A stretch of 32,000 nt of DNA from Pseudoalteromonas tetraodonis (GCF_002310835.1 NZ_CP011041.1:2370001-2402000), one strand, 5' to 3'; counted from the stretch's first letter, positions 9,686 to 16,839 are shown. The notes: generated by a model not told the origin, from the sequence alone. Numbers and translations are program-made.

Positions 9686-10436
9686 GCATTACACTCACCC
9701 CTTGCCATGCAAGCTGCATGGCAAGCAGAGTTAAAATCACTTTAAAAATAACCCTAAAACGTGCCACCGATAACCGCTTAAGTAAACGAATCCCTAACCA
9801 AGTGCCAATGGCTCCGCTTAAAATCATCGCCAGTGTTAACGGCAACCATTGCCAAAAGCTAAAACCCAGCCCCGCATAAACAACGGCTTTTAAGCTATGC
9901 TGCAAGGTCATAATACTTGAAAAAGTCGCGGTAAATTTAAGCTTATCGTAATGATTAATGTGTAAATAACTCGCCACCAGAGGCCCACTTGCTCCCACAA
10001 AAGTAGAAATAAATGCCGTAATTACACCCGCTATTAAACGCCCTAATCGTGAGTCTTTATTAAATTCAGGGATTGTTCCCCACAGTAAATAAATCACAAA
10101 TAAAGCCACAAACAGCTTCATGCTATCAAGGTTAATATCGCTTACTACTTGGCTTGATAGCCCAGCACCAATTAACCCACCCAGAGTAAAATACAACAGC
10201 ATCGGCTTATCAAGATGGGCAATACTTAACAACAACCGATTGGCATTAGAGCCTAACTGCACTAAACCATGAACAGGCACAACCACCGCCATCGGCATAA
10301 CCGACGCCATTACCACCAACAGCATTAAACCGCCACCCGCACCAAAGGCCGCCGATACAAACGAAGTAAACCCCGCCAGTAAAATAAGTAACAGCGAGAT
10401 CAAAGGGGAAATGTGTTCAGCTGTAAAAATATTCAT
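9678..10436 (-). CDS. TauE/SafE-family (sulfite exporter-like) membrane permease
   Basis: 252 aa, multi-pass and hydrophobic, with duplicated Gly-rich TM motifs (GAGGGLMLLVV, GASGPLV). Its 3' end overlaps the convergent SDR gene by 8 bp. Confidence 0.65.
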   Translation of the reverse strand: MNIFTAEHISPLISLLLILLAGFTSFVSAAFGAGGGLMLLVVMASVMPMAVVVPVHGLVQLGSNANRLLLSIAHLDKPMLLYFTLGGLIGAGLSSQVVSDINLDSMKLFVALFVIYLLWGTIPEFNKDSRLGRLIAGVITAFISTFVGASGPLVASYLHINHYDKLKFTATFSSIMTLQHSLKAVVYAGLGFSFWQWLPLTLAMILSGAIGTWLGIRLLKRLSVARFRVIFKVILTLLAMQLAWQGVSVMLT

Positions 10437-10566
10437 ATCAAAGCTCGCAGTTAATCATTGGCTCATAATACAAAAAATAAGCAAGTAAGCGACTAGTCTA
10501 TTAGTTGTAAGAGGTTCGGGGTTCGCAAGATAAACCAAAGCACAATAAATTCAATAATTTTAGCCA

Positions 10567-10608
10567 TAAAAAAACCCGCGACTTGATTGCTCAAGTTGCG
10601 GGTTTTTT
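10567..10608. terminator. Bidirectional hairpin terminator; presumed native ssrA terminator now separated from ssrA by the island
   Basis: A7 - cccgcgactt gattgctc aagttgcggg - T6. It lies just left of the displaced tmRNA 3'-end repeat. Confidence 0.55.
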
Positions 10609-10630
10609 AGGGTTTTTAAACAAACGAATT

Positions 10631-10668
10631 TAAAAACCGTTATTGGTGGAGCTGGGGGAGTCTGAACC
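10631..10668. repeat. Integrase-distal att repeat (displaced partial copy of the tmRNA 3' end)
   Basis: taaaaaccGttattggtggagctgggggAGtCtgaacc compared with 16220-16257 taaaaaccTttattggtggagctgggggGAtTtgaacc. They share a 19-bp identical core, ttattggtggagctggggg. Confidence 0.85.
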
Positions 10669-10719
10669 AAACATATAACCAATTGAAAAATATATAGACA
10701 AGCAAAATAAAAACCTGCT

Positions 10720-10740
10720 GTTGTTACTATTATTGTTACT
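10720..10740. promoter_or_regulatory. Candidate integrase arm-type sites (2 direct copies of (G)TTGTTACT) at the int-distal end
   Basis: gttgttact at 10720-10728 and attgttact at 10732-10740. The same motif recurs 4 times at 16048-16118. Confidence 0.5.
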
Positions 10741-10818
10741 TATTATCTTTCCGTGGGTTCAACTTCTCGATTTGCAGCTGAATCGACTGTATTAATAACT
10801 ACATTATTTGGATTACAT

Positions 10819-11370
10819 TTAACTTTTGTTCATACGCTTTTTAGTTTCATCTAAAAACGCGGCTGATACCCTATGATCAACTTTAAAAATCGTGTCACAC
10901 TTCTTTCCAGTGGCTTTCAATTCAATGTCTGCCTTGGCGAATTCTTCCAATCGCTCAACGGAAATATCAATTGCAAAATACTCATGCACAACTACATAGC
11001 TAACACCCATAGCTGAATTGGATGCAACATTACGATCTACCTCATGAAGTTTGTACTCTCTCCCAGTAGAATCATAGGCGCTATTTATAAAACACCAGCC
11101 ATTTTGTGAAAACATCTTTCCGTATAATTGAATGAAGTCAGGTGTACTTGAATCTTTTCCGTACTTTGCACGATAATTGTAGTTTGTTACAGGTTCTGAC
11201 ATGCCGCCCACATAAACCTCAGACCTTAACCACCCTTCAGACTTAAACTTATCGTAATTATAAGTAATACCTTTAGCCGCAGCCTCCTTACTACCTACAT
11301 TTACATTATAAGCACAAGCATTTAATAAAAATACCGATGCGCCAAATAGTGCTAAATTTAATATTTTCAT
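10819..11370 (-). CDS. Hypothetical lipoprotein (island cargo)
   Basis: MKILNLALFGASVFLLNAC contains a lipobox (LNAC). The RBS aaggga lies 5 nt upstream of ATG 11370. The track's longer ORF from 11412 lacks an RBS. I recognised no family. Confidence 0.7.
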   Translation of the reverse strand: MKILNLALFGASVFLLNACAYNVNVGSKEAAAKGITYNYDKFKSEGWLRSEVYVGGMSEPVTNYNYRAKYGKDSSTPDFIQLYGKMFSQNGWCFINSAYDSTGREYKLHEVDRNVASNSAMGVSYVVVHEYFAIDISVERLEEFAKADIELKATGKKCDTIFKVDHRVSAAFLDETKKRMNKS

Positions 11371-11404
11371 ACAATTCCCTTTATATAGTTTAACAGTCCT
11401 AGGG

Positions 11405-11908
11405 TTAATCAAACCCCAGCTCTTCTTTACTAGTTTTTGGTTTTTTTAAGCCGTTATAGCTTATTGAGAGCACAACATGCGCACTAAGCCCAGCATTAAC
11501 AAAGACTAAAACTAGAGTAAAATCACCACTCACCCATTGCATTGCTGTTTTATTATTCTCTAGTTGAGTGTACTTACCGAACAATGTGGTGAGCTTATTT
11601 AATAACAACGGATAGTCTTCAACGTCAAAATATACACCAACGCCATTAAGCCGCATTTCAGAATCAAACACAAATGACGTATTTCTATTTTGCCTTTTAA
11701 CCCCTAATACTTCTTTTGAATCTTTCAATTCAAGCCAAGCAATATCACCAACACTTTCCTTGGTAGTATTGGGTAATTTGTTTGCGACAGCTTCAATCGT
11801 ATCACCCCACTGTGTACCAAAAACACCATCACCAAACAGCTCTGCAATAGTTGCCGCTTTTACAGGGAGTAAAAAAAATAAAAATAAAACACTTAAAAAC
11901 AGCCTCAT
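11405..11908 (-). CDS. Hypothetical exported protein (island cargo)
   Basis: N-terminus MRLFLSVLFLFFLLPVKA|AT is a typical Sec signal peptide. 167 aa. I recognised no family. Confidence 0.65.
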   Translation of the reverse strand: MRLFLSVLFLFFLLPVKAATIAELFGDGVFGTQWGDTIEAVANKLPNTTKESVGDIAWLELKDSKEVLGVKRQNRNTSFVFDSEMRLNGVGVYFDVEDYPLLLNKLTTLFGKYTQLENNKTAMQWVSGDFTLVLVFVNAGLSAHVVLSISYNGLKKPKTSKEELGFD

Positions 11909-12030
11909 GGCTTTCCTTAAATTTAGTAGTAGAAACTGAATAAAGATATAAACCTATACCTTATACTAACACCAAAACCTAAATGGCTTGCGAGTATTTA
12001 TGCAAACAAATGTAAGATACCGACTTAAAA

Positions 12031-12197
12031 CTTTGTAGTAAAAAGCTTACAAAGCTATAAGCCTAATATGATGCATGTTTAAGAGCTTAATGAATACACG
12101 TGCATATCTCTCCGCAAAACAGCTGTAAGGTGTTTATTTGATACTGTCTTTTTATAAGCCTAAAATGATAGGTTTTGTAAGGTTTTGTTAGGCTTAT
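12031..12197. repeat. Cluster of short direct and inverted repeats (iteron-like) in the 512-bp non-coding gap of the island
   Basis: TATAAGCCTAAwATGAT at 12056 and 12153. An inverted ttaggcttat at 12188-12197. Tandem AGGTTTTGT x2 at 12170-12188. Hairpin ctttgta/tacaaag at 12031-12054. Confidence 0.6.
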
Positions 12198-12419
12198 TAA
12201 ACTAAGTTTTACTAAGTATTAACGGCTCATACAGTTGAGGTTTTATCAGGTATAAAGGCTAGGATAATTTAGATTTCATCAGTACAAAAACAAATACATT
12301 CGCTAAGCTCTTAAAATAAGTAGAGCCATTTAAAAATCAATTTTTGACAATGTTTGATAACCTGACAGCAAACAAAGTTAGATATAAAGTGTTTAATTGC
12401 TTTGTATTGTATACATTCC

Positions 12420-12995
12420 TTAAAGCTTAGGTTTAACCCTACTTGAGCCGTGGTTTTTAGTTTGTGCTGGTTTATAGCCCTTCCCTCTGGCTTTAGCAAG
12501 GTAAGACATACGCCATATAGCGCCTTGCTTTTTATCATGCTCATATCGTTTAAATCTATAAAAACAATTTTTTGGAATCCATGGACGCACACCCAATGTA
12601 TTTCCCATTTCTAAAATAAATTCATTTATCTTACTTGGGTAGCATACTTTGTTAGCATCAAGAATAACTACCACATGATAATGCTGCTTTTTCGCTCTTT
12701 CTTGCTCCCGCGTCCAATGGTAGCCAAAGATAGGCATTTTATACCTTTGCTTTATAAAACCGCTTAAACTTTCCATAACAGCAATAATAAAACGGTTATC
12801 ATTTGTTTGATATGGAATACCGATATCAAATCGTAAAACTAAAACTTGGCTATAATGTGTTAAAACTGCCTCAAGCTGATCTAACATACTCTTCATTTGC
12901 GCTGTGTAAATGCCGCTCTTTGACGTATGAACTTGCCAAATGTTCTGTTTATGGCAAATTACAGGTGAGTGACTCACATACTGATAATTAGACAC
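12420..12995 (-). CDS. YagK/YfjJ-family (Inovirus Gp2-like) protein, possible replication initiator
   Basis: Motifs typical of the family as I recall it: VLVLRFDI, YHWTRE, KKQHYHVVVILDANK (an H-Y-H triplet), MSYLAKARGKGY, NHGSSR. It occupies the same position relative to alpA as yfjJ in E. coli CP4-57. Confidence 0.7.
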   Translation of the reverse strand: MSNYQYVSHSPVICHKQNIWQVHTSKSGIYTAQMKSMLDQLEAVLTHYSQVLVLRFDIGIPYQTNDNRFIIAVMESLSGFIKQRYKMPIFGYHWTREQERAKKQHYHVVVILDANKVCYPSKINEFILEMGNTLGVRPWIPKNCFYRFKRYEHDKKQGAIWRMSYLAKARGKGYKPAQTKNHGSSRVKPKL

Positions 12996-13331
12996 AAATA
13001 CTTCCTATTAGATAATATAAATATCCGAATGATAAAAGGGGTGTTTTCACTAGTGTCATTATTCCACGGCTGGCTAACTCGACTTTATACAGTAAGTAGT
13101 AACTAACAACCTTCATTTTTAATGAAAACAAACCTATAAACCACTGCCGTTAAAGACCGCAATAAAAAAGGCTTAAGGGAAAAGACTGGATACACACGCC
13201 CTTCAATGTTAGTGGAAACTCACCTGAAAGCATTTTTATTATGAGCTTTACTTATTATATAATGCTTAAAGCTAGTGGCAGTTTAGCTACTCGCCACCAG
13301 CCCTCGAAATAACCAATCTAAAGCCGTCTAA

Positions 13332-13832
13332 CTAACCATTAGTCGGCTTTTCCTTATCAAAGACAGGCTCATTAGCCGCACCAGTAACCTTTAAATGCTC
13401 GGTCACAATAATGGTTTTAACCTGCTCAATACCAAGTTGCTCAAGGATTTTAACAAGGCTCTTTTTTGCCCTTTGCTCTCTTTCCTTTTTGACTTTACGC
13501 TTAACTTTTTCACGCTGAGCCGCTCGTTTATTGAAAAACTCAAATCGTTGTAGCTCTGTCATAGAGTGAGAAACCTTTAGCCCAACCTCACGCTTACTTT
13601 GATAATCAATAAAGCATTTCATTTTAAGGTGGCTATGCTTTGCATCTTCCTTATCTAATTCAACATCGGCATACCCTCTACCAATTGGGCTTGTAGATTG
13701 ACCGTTAAGCCATGCGAGCAAGATTGAACGGTGAATAATGTCCATTCGAACTAGCTCCTCAAAAGCTTCTGGTGCTAACTTTTCCAAATATTCCAATGTG
13801 ATTGGTGTTGGCAGTTCATTTAAATTAATCAT
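13332..13832 (-). CDS. Hypothetical protein (island), start overlapping the alpA stop
   Basis: 166-aa ORF. ATGATTAA forms an 8-nt overlap with the end of the alpA-like gene. It has a Lys/Arg/Glu-rich central segment (KVKRKVKKEREQRAKK). I recognised no family. Confidence 0.55.
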   Translation of the reverse strand: MINLNELPTPITLEYLEKLAPEAFEELVRMDIIHRSILLAWLNGQSTSPIGRGYADVELDKEDAKHSHLKMKCFIDYQSKREVGLKVSHSMTELQRFEFFNKRAAQREKVKRKVKKEREQRAKKSLVKILEQLGIEQVKTIIVTEHLKVTGAANEPVFDKEKPTNG

Positions 13833-14103
13833 TAGCTGCCTCCAAGTGAGTGTATTGCTTAAGTAGATTTTTGCGCTTTGCGACTAGTTCACGAACAAAT
13901 TCTTTTATCTGCTCATCGTTGTAGCCTGCAATGGTTACTGCTAAGGTTGCGTTTATTTCATACTTATAAAATGCAACTCCGCGTTTACCTATTTTTATAG
14001 GTGGAGGTATTAGCCCATCATTAATTTTTTGCTGAAATAGGGTTTTACCACATGCCCATAATGGACGTGCCTGCTCTTTTCTAGTTAATTCAAGTAGTGA
14101 CAT
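13825..14103 (-). CDS. alpA: AlpA-family helix-turn-helix regulator / excisionase-like protein
   Basis: 92 aa. The segment GKTLFQQKINDGLIPPPIKIGKRGVAFYKYEINA fits the AlpA pattern (S.STIY..I..G.FP.PIKLG.R.V.W...EI). A strong RBS aggagg lies upstream. Confidence 0.7.
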   Translation of the reverse strand: MSLLELTRKEQARPLWACGKTLFQQKINDGLIPPPIKIGKRGVAFYKYEINATLAVTIAGYNDEQIKEFVRELVAKRKNLLKQYTHLEAAND

Positions 14104-14206
14104 TTAAGACCTCCTAAGGTCGTTAATAAGTTTGCAATACAAATATTAACCTGAAGAATTATTTAAGCTATTTCAGTTTCCTAGTCATGTATCATCGTGA
14201 TAAATA

Positions 14207-14815
14207 TCAAGGTGATTTATCACTTTTTTGTAGGATTTCTTCTCTTATTTTTCTAATATGATTCTTGATAGCTTGATCACCTATCGTTGGGTACGTGTCC
14301 TTAGTAGCTAAAAAATCCTTATATTTTTTAACATAGCGCTCAAGCTTATAATCTTTTATTGCCTCACCAAAACTTCTAAAATCTTGACTTATCAGATGCT
14401 CAATATCACTTCTTATCTTTTCGGTTGAAATATTAGGCTTACTTCGTTTGGCTCTATTTTTCTTTGATTCCAACTTTCTAGTTTCATTTAAAGCCCAACT
14501 AGCTCCCTTTGTATCACCACTACACACCCCCATTTGATAAGCTCTCTTAATAAGTTCTTCTATATATAATCTTGAATACATTCTAACGTGAGTCGTCACA
14601 TCAATATCATTGCCGTGTGACACATCAAAGTTCTGTATTAAACCATATTCAAGTGCATGTTCAGCTTTATCGACGTCAACTTGATTTAGCAAATCTGCAT
14701 GAGAAGTTACTAAGTTCTCTATATAAATTTCGATTGCTTCAAGCGATTTCTCATAATTTTTAATAGCTGATTTAGATGGTTTCCCAAATCTATGGGGGAT
14801 GTATTCGATTTTCAT
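14207..14815 (-). CDS. Hypothetical protein translationally coupled to the integrase gene
   Basis: 202-aa ORF. Its ATG overlaps the int TGA as ATGA at 14812-14815. It is AT-rich and I recognised no family. Confidence 0.55.
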   Translation of the reverse strand: MKIEYIPHRFGKPSKSAIKNYEKSLEAIEIYIENLVTSHADLLNQVDVDKAEHALEYGLIQNFDVSHGNDIDVTTHVRMYSRLYIEELIKRAYQMGVCSGDTKGASWALNETRKLESKKNRAKRSKPNISTEKIRSDIEHLISQDFRSFGEAIKDYKLERYVKKYKDFLATKDTYPTIGDQAIKNHIRKIREEILQKSDKSP

Positions 14816-16047
14816 TTCAATACCTTTAGATAGCTAAGCCCAGCTAACGAACTACTTCCACTAGCCGCATTTTCTATATACTCAGACCACCAGCACATCA
14901 TGGTTTTTCTTCGTTCAAAGTAGTCAGTGCGGTTATATGCTCGCCTTACTTCGTTTGTATCAACATGCGCTAAAGCTGCCTCTATTACGTCAGGGTCAAA
15001 TCCTTGTGCATTAAGCGTTGTACTGGCAAGCGAGCGCAAGCCATGTGCCACCAGCTCGCCTTTAAACCCCATACGCTTTATTGCTGCATTGGCTGTTTGC
15101 ACGTTCGCGTGGCTGCGTGGGTCTCTATCAGCGGGAAATACATATTCACGGTGCGCACTTATTGGTTTCATTAATTCAAGTAAAGCGAGTGCTTGCGGTG
15201 TAAGGGGTATGCGTTGCTCTTTGCCCTTTTTCATTTGCTCGGCTGGTATAACCCACACGCCAGTATTTAAGTCTATATCTTGCCATTTAGTTGTTGCAGC
15301 CTCATTAGGGCGTGTCATGGTGTGTAACTGCCATTCGATTAAACAACGCGTTGTAAGCTTAATACTGGCACGATTTAAGGCACTCATTAGCTCAGGTAGC
15401 CTATCCACTTCAATAGACGGCATAGCGCTTTTTTTAGGCGCTTGGAATGCTTGCCTTATATTCGCTAGTGGATTGGCTTCTATAAGCCCACAGTTAACCG
15501 CATGCACCATTACTTCGTTAATACGCTGGCATAGTCTTTTTACAGTCTCTAAGCTGCCCTTTGCCTCTATGGGTCGCACTAGCTCTATTACTTGAAAGGC
15601 TTTTAATTTACTTATTGGTTCATCACCAAACGCAGGAAAGGCATGATTAGTTAACAGATTTAAAGCGGCTTGTGCTGTTTGTGGTTTTATTTCTGTTTTC
15701 TTTTTCTCAAACCACATTAAAGAAACTGCTTTAAATGTTTGTAGGTGTGTTTCTTGTGCTTGCTTTTCATCTAGCTGGCGCTGGTGGATAGGGTCTATAT
15801 TTTCAAGCACTAGGGCTTTATATTTTTTATGACGTTCTCTAGCCGTTTTAAGACTTATATCAGGGTAAGAGCCAAGCCCCATATTTTTACGTTTTTTAGT
15901 AATTGGCGCTGTGTAGTTATAAAGCCAAAATTTACCACCACTGGGCTTTATTCGTAATGTTAAGCCGCCACCGTCAGTAAGGTTATATTCCTTAGCTTTT
16001 GGTTTAGCCGAGTCGACTTGCTTTGCTTTGAGGTTGTGAATAGCCAT
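14812..16047 (-). CDS. int: P4-type tyrosine integrase (DUF4102 N-terminal arm-binding domain)
   Basis: N-terminus LTDGGGLTLRIKPSGGKFWLYNY...MGLGSYPDISLKTARE. C-terminal catalytic signature HGLRSLASTTLN ... VRRAYNRTDY. It is adjacent to the ssrA 3' end. I placed the start at ATG 16047; the track uses TTG 16056. Confidence 0.9.
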   Translation of the reverse strand: MAIHNLKAKQVDSAKPKAKEYNLTDGGGLTLRIKPSGGKFWLYNYTAPITKKRKNMGLGSYPDISLKTARERHKKYKALVLENIDPIHQRQLDEKQAQETHLQTFKAVSLMWFEKKKTEIKPQTAQAALNLLTNHAFPAFGDEPISKLKAFQVIELVRPIEAKGSLETVKRLCQRINEVMVHAVNCGLIEANPLANIRQAFQAPKKSAMPSIEVDRLPELMSALNRASIKLTTRCLIEWQLHTMTRPNEAATTKWQDIDLNTGVWVIPAEQMKKGKEQRIPLTPQALALLELMKPISAHREYVFPADRDPRSHANVQTANAAIKRMGFKGELVAHGLRSLASTTLNAQGFDPDVIEAALAHVDTNEVRRAYNRTDYFERRKTMMCWWSEYIENAASGSSSLAGLSYLKVLK

Positions 16048-16118
16048 TTGTAACAACGATCCCTATGTAAAATTCCAGTTGTTACGTTTAGTGTTACAAC
16101 AAATCGCGGTTGTTACAA
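16048..16118. promoter_or_regulatory. Candidate integrase arm-type sites (4 copies of GTTGTTACAA-like) at the int-proximal end
   Basis: ttgtaacaac at 16048-16057 (inverted). gttgttac at 16078-16085. gtgttacaa at 16091-16099. gttgttacaa at 16109-16118. Confidence 0.5.
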
Positions 16119-16153
16119 GTTTTAAACGGTCACTAATGGTTAAACTATAGGCA

Positions 16154-16194
16154 TAAAAAAACCCGCAAGGCTCGAATTAACTAGCGTTGCGGGT
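16154..16194 (-). terminator. Island-borne terminator now serving ssrA
   Basis: On the minus strand the stem acccgcaa/ttgcgggt is followed by T7. It lies 40-80 nt downstream of the tmRNA CCA end, with architecture parallel to the native hairpin at 10567-10608. Confidence 0.55.
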
Positions 16195-16219
16195 CTTTTA
16201 CGGTTCTTAGCAACGTATC

Positions 16220-16257
16220 TAAAAACCTTTATTGGTGGAGCTGGGGGGATTTGAACC
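16220..16257. repeat. Integrase-proximal att repeat (within the functional tmRNA 3' end)
   Basis: Partner of 10631-10668, sharing the 19-bp identical core. Confidence 0.85.
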
Positions 16258-16589
16258 CCCGTCCGAAAAGCCTCGACCGTCGGTACTACATGTTTAGTAT
16301 TGTCATTTAATTAACCTTTAAATCCCGGACAAACACGGTAGATAAAGGCGAGGCCGCTTAGTTTTAACGCTTCAACCCCGGCCAGGGTTTCCGTCGCGAT
16401 CAGGTGTTAGGGTGACACTCCAAAATCCAGTCCACAAGAATACATGGAAGGAGCGCTAGCCAGCCTAAGCTGCTAGAGAGTAGTTATCGTCGTTTGCGAT
16501 TACTTTAAATTGCGGCTTTTTTACGAGGCAAACCGCACCTCGACATGCACCTTGGGCTTCTTGAATTCCGTCGAATCCTAATCAGCCCC
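16233..16589 (-). ncRNA. ssrA: tmRNA (SsrA), 357 nt, tag peptide ANDDNYSLAA
   Basis: The 5' end GGGGCUG pairs with the 3' CAGCUCC-A-CCA, including the G3:U wobble. T-arm GGGGGUUCAAAUCCCCC. The tag reading frame GCAAACGACGATAACTACTCTCTAGCAGCTTAG lies at 16465-16497. Confidence 0.95.
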
Positions 16590-16621
16590 TGAATAAGGTT
16601 ACTCATTCAGAGCGTGCGAGC

Positions 16622-16651
16622 AGTATAACTGAGTAACCCATCAATACTCAA
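16622..16651 (-). promoter_or_regulatory. Candidate sigma70 promoter for ssrA
   Basis: On the minus strand: TTGAGT, an 18-nt spacer, then TATACT. This would give a ~25-nt leader before the mature 5' end. Confidence 0.4.
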
Positions 16652-16839
16652 CACCTTAGGCGTTTTATTTTATTGGTTGGTTAATCCTGCATCAAACACA
16701 CTTTTAAATGTAAAATATTGGATAATTAAGAAACAATTACTTAACAAGTATGATGCTTTATGCTCAAATGTAGGGCTAGACCTTGGTCTAATACAATATA
16801 AAAAAATAATAACAGGCATATTACCTAGAGGATTTATAA

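Larger units (their letters stand above)
10631..16257 (-). mobile_element. ~5.6 kb ssrA-integrated genomic island (CP4-57-like core of int, ORF, alpA, ORF, yfjJ-like, plus a 2-gene exported cargo)
   Basis: Direct repeats of the tmRNA 3' end at both ends. A P4-type integrase sits next to intact ssrA. All 7 ORFs are co-oriented. GTTGTTAC arm-type repeats occur near both ends. Spot counts suggest AT-rich segments (about 28% GC in 14221-14280 versus about 45% in 5581-5640), but this was not computed across the window. Confidence 0.85.

Noticed and set aside
10513-10530. ggttcggggttcgcaag, superficially like a tRNA T-loop fragment (a possible second att scar)
   Set aside because: There is no flanking acceptor-like sequence and no partner repeat. 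It is too short to interpret.
11370-11412. Apparent 8-bp overlap (operon coupling) between the two cargo ORFs as drawn in the ORF track
   Set aside because: The lipoprotein almost certainly starts at ATG 11370, which has a good RBS and is followed immediately by a signal peptide. The genes are therefore separated by 34 nt rather than overlapping.
12311-12592. 93-aa minus-strand ORF overlapping the 3' end of the YfjJ-like gene
   Set aside because: It is in an alternative frame of a family-supported CDS and extends into repeat-rich non-coding DNA. There is no RBS.
14927-15595. 222-aa plus-strand ORF antisense to the integrase gene
   Set aside because: The integrase frame has clear family motifs. 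The antisense translation is Ser/Ala/Cys-rich and has no start context.
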